NCBI GenBank assembly: GCA_040218735.1
Contig: JAVJQW010000070.1
Span: 224,001 to 288,000, forward strand
Direction of reading: 5' to 3'
DNA from: Deltaproteobacteria bacterium
Lineage (GTDB): Bacteria > Myxococcota > Kuafuiibacteriia > Kuafuiibacteriales > Kuafuiibacteriaceae
Length of the DNA stretch: 64,000 nt
Shown one piece after another: positions 40,515 through 48,721 of this stretch. Under the pieces are notes generated by a model, which saw only the letters and a program-made list of their open reading frames with translations, ran no database searches and was not told the DNA's origin. Position 1 is the stretch's first letter; every line of letters begins with the position of its first letter. A program made the translations under genes and the position numbers.

Positions 40515-40655
40515 ATGGCATCGAACTCCCAGCAGACCGAGAAGAAGCGACTCAACCGCGACCGCAAGATGGGCAAGGCACGCAAGCGCAAGCTCGAGAA
40601 GGAAGGCTCGACGAAGTCCGAGAAGGACCTCTTCGGCAACACGCTCTCGAAGTAG
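40515..40655 (+). CDS. Small basic protein (46 aa), absent from the ORF track
   Basis: GAGGA SD at 40501; MASNSQQTEKKRLNRDRKMGKARKRKLEKEGSTKSEKDLFGNTLSK*; mostly G/C-ending codons. Confidence 0.75.
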   Translation: MASNSQQTEKKRLNRDRKMGKARKRKLEKEGSTKSEKDLFGNTLSK

Positions 40656-40756
40656 CCGCCCCGCATCCCACCCCCTTCCCCCCCGCCCGAATCGGTGCAA
40701 CGCTTGGCGGAATCGCCGGGCGAACGCACCGGTTTGCCCCAAGGAGTAGATGAGAC

Positions 40757-43156
40757 GTGGCCGAGAACAAGTTCGGACAAGCTGAAGGCCAAGGTATCGA
40801 CATCCCGATCCTTCCCCTGAGGAACAGTGTGTTCTTCCCGGGGAGCATCATGCCGATCTCCGTCGGGCGCCCCAAGACGCTCGCGATGGTGAAGGCGGTC
40901 GAGGAGTCTGGCGAGCCCATCGGGATCGTGGCGCAAAAGGACGGGTCGGTGGACGACCCGGGCGCCGAGGACCTCTACGCGATGGGGACCACCGGTCGCA
41001 TCGTGAAGGCGCTGAAGGCCGGCGAGGAAGGGTTCCACCTGGTCCTCCAGGGCATCAAGCGCTTCCGCGTGCTGGGGCTGACCCAGACCACCCCCTATCT
41101 GAGGGCGCGCGTGGTCGAGGTCCAGGACATCAACGCAGATCCTCTCAAGATAGAGGCCCTGGTGATGAACGTGAAGAAGACCGCGCGCGAGGTCGTCGGG
41201 TTGATGCCCGAGATCCCGTCGGGCGCGGCGCAGTTCGTCGAGGGCATCGACGACCCCGGTCATCTCGCGGACCTGATCGCCGCGAACATGGACGTCTCGG
41301 TCGAGGAGAAGATGGAGGTCTTGAACCTCGTCGAGGTCTCCCAGCGGCTGGAGAACGTGCTCGAGCTGCTGCACCGCAAGCTCGAGGTCCTGAAGCTCTC
41401 GAACAAGATCGACTCGCAGGTGAAGGGCGAGATGAACAAGACGCAGCGGGAGTACTACCTGCGTCAGCAGCTCAAGGCGATCAAGGAGGAGCTGGGCGAA
41501 GCGGACGGCACCGAGGGTGACCTCGACGAGCTGGAGCAGAAGCTCAAGAACGCGAACCTCCCCGCCGAGGCCGAGAAGGTCTCGCGGAAGGAGCTCCGCC
41601 GTCTCCGTCAGATGCCTTCGAGCTCGTCCGAGTACACGGTCGGCCGCACGTACCTCGAGTGGTTCGCGGACCTGCCGTGGGACAAGTCGACGATCGACAC
41701 GCTCGACATCCAGAAGGCGCGCGAGCTCCTCGAAGAGAAGCACTACGGCCTCGAGAAGGTGAAGAAGCGCATCATCGAGTACCTCGCGGTGCGCAAGCTG
41801 AAGTCGGACATGAAGGGTCCGATCCTCTGCATGGTGGGCCCGCCCGGCGTCGGTAAGACGTCGCTCGGCGCGTCGATCGCGGAGACGCTCGGCCGCAAGT
41901 TCCACCGCATCTCGCTCGGTGGTGTGCGCGACGAGGCGGAGATCCGCGGGCACCGCCGCACGTACGTCGGCGCCCTGCCCGGTCGCATCATCCAGGGGCT
42001 GAAGAAGGCCGGGTCGAACAACCCGGTCGTCATCCTCGACGAGATCGACAAGCTCTCCTACGACTTCCGCGGGGACCCGGCGAGCGCGCTGCTCGAGGTG
42101 TTGGATCCGGAGCAGAACCACACGTTCTCGGACCACTACCTGGAGGTGCCGTTCGACCTGTCGAAGATCCTCTTCATCGCCACGGCGAACCAGATGGATC
42201 CCATCCCGCCGGCGCTGAAGGATCGCATGGAGGTCCTGGAGCTGCCCGGCTACACGCACGAGGAGAAGGGGCACATCGCGACGCGCCACCTCATCCCGCG
42301 TGTGTTGGATGCGCACGGTCTGACGGACGAGCTGTTCAAGATCGAAAAGGGCGCGCTCGACTCGTTGATCGTGGACTACACCCGGGAGGCTGGCGTTCGT
42401 AACCTCGAGCGCACCCTCACGTCGGTGGTGCGCGGGGTCGCGGTCGAGGTCGCCGAGGGCAAGACGGATCTGACGACCGTCCAGAAGGAAGACCTGACCA
42501 AGTACCTCGGGCCGGAGAAGTTCTACAACGAGATGGCGCAGCGAACGGAGCTGGCGGGTGTGGCCACGGGTCTCGCCTGGACGGCGTCGGGCGGCGACAT
42601 CCTCTTCATCGAAGCGACGAAGATGCAGGGCAAGGGCGGCCTCACGCTGACCGGCCAGCTCGGCGCGGTGATGAAGGAGTCGGCGCAGGCGGCGCAATCC
42701 TACTTGCGCGCGCGTTCGCCGGAGTTCGGTCTGCCGGAGGGCTTCTGGGAGAAGAACGACATCCACGTGCACGTCCCGGCCGGTGGCATCCCGAAGGACG
42801 GCCCCTCGGCGGGCGTGACGATGGTGTCCGCGCTGACCTCGTTGGTCACGGGCATCAAGGTGCGGAGCGACGTCGCGATGACCGGCGAGATCACGCTGCG
42901 CGGGAGTGTCCTCCCGGTCGGCGGCGTGAAGGAGAAGGTCCTCGCGGCGCTGCGCGCCGGCGTGAAGGAGATCTTGCTGCCGGAGCGCAACAAGAAGGAC
43001 CTGCACGAGGTCCCGCAGGACCTCCAGGACCAGCTCACGTTCCACTTCGTGCGCCGCATCGACGAGGTCCTCGACATCGCGCTCGAGCGCCCGCCGGAGC
43101 GCTTCCCGCCGAAGCTCGCGCCGGTCGGCCAGGAGCCCGAAGCCCCGCCGAGTTGA
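40757..43156 (+). CDS. lon: ATP-dependent protease La
   Basis: LON N-domain, Walker A GPPGVGKT, 'RGHRRTYVGA', 'PKDGPSAG'; AAGGAG SD. Confidence 0.98.
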   Translation: MAENKFGQAEGQGIDIPILPLRNSVFFPGSIMPISVGRPKTLAMVKAVEESGEPIGIVAQKDGSVDDPGAEDLYAMGTTGRIVKALKAGEEGFHLVLQGIKRFRVLGLTQTTPYLRARVVEVQDINADPLKIEALVMNVKKTAREVVGLMPEIPSGAAQFVEGIDDPGHLADLIAANMDVSVEEKMEVLNLVEVSQRLENVLELLHRKLEVLKLSNKIDSQVKGEMNKTQREYYLRQQLKAIKEELGEADGTEGDLDELEQKLKNANLPAEAEKVSRKELRRLRQMPSSSSEYTVGRTYLEWFADLPWDKSTIDTLDIQKARELLEEKHYGLEKVKKRIIEYLAVRKLKSDMKGPILCMVGPPGVGKTSLGASIAETLGRKFHRISLGGVRDEAEIRGHRRTYVGALPGRIIQGLKKAGSNNPVVILDEIDKLSYDFRGDPASALLEVLDPEQNHTFSDHYLEVPFDLSKILFIATANQMDPIPPALKDRMEVLELPGYTHEEKGHIATRHLIPRVLDAHGLTDELFKIEKGALDSLIVDYTREAGVRNLERTLTSVVRGVAVEVAEGKTDLTTVQKEDLTKYLGPEKFYNEMAQRTELAGVATGLAWTASGGDILFIEATKMQGKGGLTLTGQLGAVMKESAQAAQSYLRARSPEFGLPEGFWEKNDIHVHVPAGGIPKDGPSAGVTMVSALTSLVTGIKVRSDVAMTGEITLRGSVLPVGGVKEKVLAALRAGVKEILLPERNKKDLHEVPQDLQDQLTFHFVRRIDEVLDIALERPPERFPPKLAPVGQEPEAPPS

Positions 43157-43167
43157 TCGGCGTCGAC

Positions 43168-43193
43168 GCGTCCGCCGAATAAAAGGCGGACGC
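43168..43193. terminator. Hairpin downstream of lon (possible terminator)
   Basis: GCGTCCGCC-gaataaaa-GGCGGACGC; no U-tract. Confidence 0.4.
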
Positions 43194-43211
43194 TCCCCGC
43201 ACCGACGGAGC

Positions 43212-44162
43212 ATGAGAACGCTCCGAACCCTCGCCCTCCTCACCCCGTTCCTCGCCGGCGCGCTCTACGCGACCGACGCCGCTGCGGCGTGCGCGCCGTA
43301 CGATCCGAGCGACGGCTTCGGCATGCCGGGTGCCGCGCCGGTGTCGAACCCACGCCACTACACCCTCCGCGAGATCGGCGGTTGCGACAACCTCGTGTGC
43401 TGGCTCGACAACGTGTCCGGCACCGACTACGCGAACGCGACCCTCGTCATCGACCAGGTCTGCCACCTGAAGGAGACCGTGCGACTCCCGCCGCGGTTCG
43501 TGCTGGCGGGCGTCGGCATGGACGGCGAAGGCATCCTCGGCTTCACGAACCTCACGACGGACCAGCCCGCGATCCGCGTCGCGAGCGTCGGCGGCGCGGG
43601 GAACAGCACCATCCGTGACCTGCGCATCGCGGGGCCCGGACAGCCGGCGATCTACGGGCGCGGGATCGAGCTGGTCGACGCGAGCCAAGTGATCCTGGAG
43701 CGCGTCCGCATCTCCGACTTCCGGATGGGGATCTACGGCCACAGCTCGTACTCGATCGTCGTCAGCCAGTGCAGCCTGCACGACAACCGCGTGAACATCT
43801 TCATGGACGAGCTGTCGAACTCCTGGCGCGTGCGCGACAGCATCATCAGCCGTGCCGCGACGTACGGCGTCTTCCAGACGGTCAGCGGAGGCGGCGCGAA
43901 CCAGAACGGATCCGTCTTCGCGGGGAACCGCATGGAGGCGAACCTCGGCGGCGCCATGTACATCACGTCGCTCGGCACGGTGATTCGTGACACCTACTTC
44001 GAGCTGAACGGGACGGCGGCGCCGTACGTCGCGGTGCGTACGACGCCGAGCGCGTCCGAAACGAAGATCATCGGGAACATCTTCTCGAGCGACGTGGTGA
44101 ACAACACCGGCGCGCTCACGGAGTGCGCGTTCAACATCAACCTCTTCGGCGCGTGCCCTTGA
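43212..44162 (+). CDS. Secreted right-handed parallel beta-helix protein
   Basis: Signal peptide; 'STIRDLRI.G', 'GIEL', repeated I.GN/N.F rungs. Confidence 0.75.
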   Translation: MRTLRTLALLTPFLAGALYATDAAAACAPYDPSDGFGMPGAAPVSNPRHYTLREIGGCDNLVCWLDNVSGTDYANATLVIDQVCHLKETVRLPPRFVLAGVGMDGEGILGFTNLTTDQPAIRVASVGGAGNSTIRDLRIAGPGQPAIYGRGIELVDASQVILERVRISDFRMGIYGHSSYSIVVSQCSLHDNRVNIFMDELSNSWRVRDSIISRAATYGVFQTVSGGGANQNGSVFAGNRMEANLGGAMYITSLGTVIRDTYFELNGTAAPYVAVRTTPSASETKIIGNIFSSDVVNNTGALTECAFNINLFGACP

Positions 44163-44214
44163 AGGCGACCACCGATCTGGCGATCGCGGGAGCGTTTCGC
44201 GAAGGTTGCGGCCG

Positions 44215-45501
44215 ATGAACGCGAGCCGAGACCACGCCGTCGTGATCGGCGGGAGCGTCGCCGGGTTGCTCGCGGCGGCCGCGCTGTCGCGGCACTACCG
44301 ACGTGTCACCGTCCTCGAGCGCGACGAGGATTGTTCAGCGACCGCACCCCGCCGCGGCGTGCCGCAGAGCGCGCACGTGCACGTCATCCTCGGCGCCGGT
44401 CGCAAGGCGATCGACGGCCTGCTACCCGGGCTCTTCGACGCGTTGGCCGAGGACGGCTCGGTGGTCGCCGACATCGGTCGTGACGTCCGGTGGCATCACT
44501 GGGGCGGCTTCAAGGTCGCGTTCTTCGCCGACTACCCGATGTACCTGCAGAGTCGGCCCTTCCTCGAAGGCCACATCCGTCGGCGCGTCGAGGCGATCGA
44601 CGGCGTTCAGGTTCGCTACGGCGAGAAGGGCGCCCCGGTCCACGAGGGCCGGCGCGTCGTGGGTGTCACCACCGACGACGAGACCATCGACGCCTCCTTG
44701 GTCATCGACGCCACGGGCCGCGGCTCGAAGAGCCACGCGTGGCTCGAAGACTGGGGTTACGCGGCGCCGCGCGAGGACACGGTGACGGTGAACCTCGCCT
44801 ACGCCTCGTGTTTCGTGACGCTCCCCGCGCCGGACGTGGGCGCCCTCCTCGTCTACCACCGGCCCCCGTCGACGCCGCGAGGCGGTGTCCTCTTCCCGAT
44901 CGAAGGCGACCGCTACGTCGTGTCGCTGCTCGGCTACCACGGCGACCACCCGCCCACCGACGAGGCGGAGTTTCGCGCGTACGCACGTTCGCTGCTCCAC
45001 CCGCAGCTCGCGGATCAGCTCGACCGCGCCACGCTCCTCACGCCGATCAAGCGGTTCAACTTCCCGAAGCAGCGACGCCTCCGCTACGAGCGCGTCGAGC
45101 TCCCGCGCGGCTTCGCGGTGATCGGCGACGCCGTGTGCAGCTTCGACCCGGTGTTCGGCCAAGGCATGACCGTCGCGGGGCTGACCGCCGCTGCGCTCGA
45201 CCGCCACCTCGCCGCGCGTGACTTCGACGGGCGACGATTCCAGAGCGAGGTCGCGAAGTGCGCCGACCTCCCGTGGATGCTCGCGACGAACGAAGCGTTC
45301 CGCTACCCGCAGACCGAGGGCACGGCACCGGTCGGCGGCGCGGTGTTGCGATGGTTCACGGGGCGCGTCTTCGCGCACAGCCTCCACGACGAGGTCGTCT
45401 ACCGCCGCTTCATCGACGTCCTGAACCTCGACCGAGGCCCGTCGGCGCTCATGAGCCCCGGCGTCGTCGCGCGGGTGCTTCGACCGATCCCGCGCGCGTG
45501 A
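44215..45501 (+). CDS. FAD-dependent monooxygenase/oxidoreductase
   Basis: 'VIGGSVAG', 'DATGRGS', 'GDAVCSFDPVFGQGMT'. Confidence 0.88.
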   Translation: MNASRDHAVVIGGSVAGLLAAAALSRHYRRVTVLERDEDCSATAPRRGVPQSAHVHVILGAGRKAIDGLLPGLFDALAEDGSVVADIGRDVRWHHWGGFKVAFFADYPMYLQSRPFLEGHIRRRVEAIDGVQVRYGEKGAPVHEGRRVVGVTTDDETIDASLVIDATGRGSKSHAWLEDWGYAAPREDTVTVNLAYASCFVTLPAPDVGALLVYHRPPSTPRGGVLFPIEGDRYVVSLLGYHGDHPPTDEAEFRAYARSLLHPQLADQLDRATLLTPIKRFNFPKQRRLRYERVELPRGFAVIGDAVCSFDPVFGQGMTVAGLTAAALDRHLAARDFDGRRFQSEVAKCADLPWMLATNEAFRYPQTEGTAPVGGAVLRWFTGRVFAHSLHDEVVYRRFIDVLNLDRGPSALMSPGVVARVLRPIPRA

Positions 45502-45549
45502 AATCGGTCGGTAACTGATCCTCGGGCTCCGGGCTCCTACCTTGGCTTC

Positions 45550-46533
45550 ATGAGCCTCCACGTCGACGTCCTCCAGGATCCCCGTCAGCTTCAGATGCTC
45601 GCCATGCTCTGGGACGGCGGCTTCGTGGCGCCCCTCCCCGGGCAGCCCTCGTCGTTCGCGCCGACGGACCTCGGTGACGACTTCGACCTGGACGCGTTCG
45701 CCCGCGAGGCCGGCATCACGCCGGACGTGCTGCAGCAGTTCCTCGGCGGCATCAACGCCGAGCTCACCAACGACCCGCAGCTCCTCGACGAGCTGAACCA
45801 GGCCCGCCAGCTCCTCGGCTTGCCGCCGCTCGACGGCGCACAGGACGCTGGGCTGCAGGATCCGAGCAGCCTCATGGGCGAGGATCTCGTCGCGCTCCTC
45901 GTGATGTGGGCGCTCCGCCAGAACAAACCGCAGCAGGGCCGGATGCACACCGGCGGGATGCCGCAGCAGAGCTTCAGCCGTGGTCAGCCGGCGAGCTGGG
46001 GCGGCGGCGGGAGCGGCGGCGGGGGCGGCGGTGGCGGTGGTCCCGCGGCGACCGGCGGCGGCGGCGGCACCGGTGCCCCGACCGGCGAGCACCCCGACCT
46101 CTCGAACCTGCCGACCGGCCAGGGGACCGTCGGTGACTTCCTCTCGGCCGCGCTCCGTCAGGACGGCGACCGCTACGTCTTCGGCGCCGAGACGAACCTC
46201 GACGACCCCGACCCCGACACGTTCGACTGCTCCGAGCTCGTCCAGTGGGCCGCGCACCAGGCCGGCATCGAGATGCCCGACGGCACGATGAACCAAGAGC
46301 CGTGGCTGCGGCAGCACGGCGCGCAGATCTCGCTCGAAGAGGCGATCAACACCCCCGGCGCGCTCCTCTACAAGGACGGCCACGTCGCCATCAGCCTCGG
46401 CGACGGACGCACCATCGAGGCGATGGGATCGAAGTACGGCGTCAAGATCGGGAACGCCCACGGGCGCTTCACGCGCGGCTACGTCGTCCCCGGCATGGAC
46501 TACTCGAACGCCGCCGAAGCCCTCGCCGCGTAA
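45550..46533 (+). CDS. NlpC/P60 peptidoglycan hydrolase with novel N-terminal domain and Gly-rich linker
   Basis: 'FDCSELVQW', 'GHVAISLGDG..IEA'; no signal peptide. Confidence 0.85.
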   Translation: MSLHVDVLQDPRQLQMLAMLWDGGFVAPLPGQPSSFAPTDLGDDFDLDAFAREAGITPDVLQQFLGGINAELTNDPQLLDELNQARQLLGLPPLDGAQDAGLQDPSSLMGEDLVALLVMWALRQNKPQQGRMHTGGMPQQSFSRGQPASWGGGGSGGGGGGGGGPAATGGGGGTGAPTGEHPDLSNLPTGQGTVGDFLSAALRQDGDRYVFGAETNLDDPDPDTFDCSELVQWAAHQAGIEMPDGTMNQEPWLRQHGAQISLEEAINTPGALLYKDGHVAISLGDGRTIEAMGSKYGVKIGNAHGRFTRGYVVPGMDYSNAAEALAA

Positions 46534-46594
46534 CCGCTGAGCGCCCGGCAACGTTTCGTTCCCTCCGAGCGGAGGTCTCGCTACCTTCCGCGCC

Positions 46595-47911
46595 GTGGCG
46601 GCTTTCTCGGACGACTTCCTCTTCGGATGCGCGACGTCCGCGTACCAGATCGAAGGCGGCATCGAGAACGACTGGGAGCAATGGGCGCGCGACGGTCGCC
46701 TCGGCCCGCGGGCACCGTGCGGGCGCGCGACCGATCACTGGAACCGCTACGAGGAGGACTTCGATCGGCTCGTCGAGCTCGGCGCCGGAGCCTACCGCTT
46801 CAGCGTGGAGTGGGCGCGCGTCGAGCCGGAGCCCGGGCGCTACGACGAAGACGCGATCCAACGCTACGCCGCGATGGTCGACGCGCTGCGTGCGCGCGGC
46901 GTCGAACCGTTCGTCACCCTCCTCCACTTCACCCACCCGACCTGGTTTCACGACCGCTGCCCCTGGCACGACCTCGGCGGTGAAGGCCCGGAGCGCTTCG
47001 GCGCGTTCGCGCGACGCATGGCGGAGGCCTTCGGCGAGCGCGTGAAGTTCTACACGGTGCTCAACGAACCCAACGTCTGGATCGAAGGCGCCTACGTCGC
47101 GGGGCTGATCCCCCCGCGCACGAAGAGCCTCCAGGCCGCGGGCGCCGCCATGGCCGGCCTCCTCGCGGGCCACGCGAAGGCGGCCGCCGCGCTGCGCTCG
47201 GTCGTACCCGGCGTGCAGATCGGCGTCGCCCACAACCACGTCCGCTTCGAGCCGTCCCGCGGCGCGCACCCCTTCGACCGCGTCGCGCGGCACTACGTCG
47301 AGCACTTCCACAACCGCGTCTTCCTCGAAGGCCTGACGACCGGCCGGCTCCGGTTCGGTCACATCCCCGGCCTGCGCATGGCGCACGACGTCCCCGAGGC
47401 CGCCGGCACCCTCGACTTCGTCGGCGTGAACTACTACGCGCGGGTGTTCGTCGAAGCGCGTCTGTCGGGATTCGAAGTCTTCTACGAGGACCGCGAAGGA
47501 CGCGGCGTGACGGACCTCGGCTGGGAGGTCCACCCCGAAGGCCTCACGCTCGCGCTCACCGAGGCGGGGCGATTCGGACTCCCGGTGTATGTCACCGAGA
47601 ACGGCCTCGACGATCGCGACGACTCACGCCGCAGCGCCTACCTGTACGATCACCTCCAGGCGGTGCTCGCCGCGCGCCGCGCCGGAACCGACGTGCGCGG
47701 CTACTTCTTCTGGTCGCTCGTCGACAACTTCGAGTGGCTGGAGGGCTTCGTCCCGTCCTTCGGGCTGTACGCAGTCGACCGCGACACCCTCGAGCGCACC
47801 CCGACGAACGCCGCCGAGCTGTTCCGCACGATCGCGAAGTCGCGCAGGCTCCCCGACGAACGTCCCGCCCAACGAACCCGGCCCGGCGACGGGCGAACGC
47901 CCGTCGGCTGA
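46595..47911 (+). CDS. Glycoside hydrolase family 1 (beta-glucosidase)
   Basis: 'FLFGCATSAYQIEG', 'TVLNEP', 'VTENG', 'WSLVDNFEW'. Confidence 0.93.
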   Translation: MAAFSDDFLFGCATSAYQIEGGIENDWEQWARDGRLGPRAPCGRATDHWNRYEEDFDRLVELGAGAYRFSVEWARVEPEPGRYDEDAIQRYAAMVDALRARGVEPFVTLLHFTHPTWFHDRCPWHDLGGEGPERFGAFARRMAEAFGERVKFYTVLNEPNVWIEGAYVAGLIPPRTKSLQAAGAAMAGLLAGHAKAAAALRSVVPGVQIGVAHNHVRFEPSRGAHPFDRVARHYVEHFHNRVFLEGLTTGRLRFGHIPGLRMAHDVPEAAGTLDFVGVNYYARVFVEARLSGFEVFYEDREGRGVTDLGWEVHPEGLTLALTEAGRFGLPVYVTENGLDDRDDSRRSAYLYDHLQAVLAARRAGTDVRGYFFWSLVDNFEWLEGFVPSFGLYAVDRDTLERTPTNAAELFRTIAKSRRLPDERPAQRTRPGDGRTPVG

Positions 47912-47974
47912 CGCCGCCGACTGACGTATGTGGACGCGCGCAACCCGTCCGCGCGCCGCGCCGAAACCTGAAGA

Positions 47975-48643
47975 ATGCGGGTCGTGCACGAGGCGAGGTT
48001 CGCGGCGGGAGGCGCCCGCCACCTCCGCGACGTACCGTACGTCTCGCAGCGCACGCCGGACGGCGCGCCGCCGGGTTACGACGGCGAAGCGAACTGCGGC
48101 CCGTCGTCGATGACGATGATCGCGAACCACCTCGGCCTGCGGACCGGTCGGGACGCCGCGACGGTCCTCGACCTCGCGCGCGTCGGCGGGACGACCTCCG
48201 AGCACGGCACCTCGCTGGCCGGGATGAAGAAGATCGCGAAGCACCTCGGACTCAGCTGCGAGGTCACGCCGGGCGCGGACCTGCAACGCGTCCGCCGCAC
48301 GCTCGCCGAGGGCGGGTACGTGATCGCCAATGGCGACTACTATGCGATGCCGCCGCACGAAGATCCGTCGCAGTACGAAGGCCACTACGTCCTGGTCCAC
48401 GGCGTGGACCCACGCGGTCGTTTCCTGGTCCACGACCCCTACGACCCCGCGGTCGAGACGGTCACGGCGCCGCAGCTCGGCCGGTTCCTGGCCGCGCACG
48501 ACGAAGGCGGCTACGTCCTCGCGCTCGGCGTCGCGGAGCGAGCCTCGGAGCGCGATCTGTTCGTCCGGCACGCGGTCCCGAGCCTCGTCGAGCGGCCCGG
48601 TCGCCCCGTCGCGCTCCCGACGCTGGGACGGGGCTACCGCTGA
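47975..48643 (+). CDS. C39-like cysteine peptidase
   Basis: 'VPYVSQ', 'NCGPSS', 'GHYVLV', 'VHDP'. Confidence 0.82.
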   Translation: MRVVHEARFAAGGARHLRDVPYVSQRTPDGAPPGYDGEANCGPSSMTMIANHLGLRTGRDAATVLDLARVGGTTSEHGTSLAGMKKIAKHLGLSCEVTPGADLQRVRRTLAEGGYVIANGDYYAMPPHEDPSQYEGHYVLVHGVDPRGRFLVHDPYDPAVETVTAPQLGRFLAAHDEGGYVLALGVAERASERDLFVRHAVPSLVERPGRPVALPTLGRGYR

Positions 48644-48721
48644 CCGACTTCCGTACGTGGCCCGCTGGGTGTTAACGTCCCTGACGAACCTTTTTGTCTC
48701 GCACGCAAAGAGGATTCCTCC

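Noticed and set aside
40430-43243. Long antisense ORFs (also 6964-9414, 26031-28811, 53266-56985)
   Set aside because: Stop-poor shadow frames opposite clear genes, typical of high-GC DNA; no recognisable motifs.
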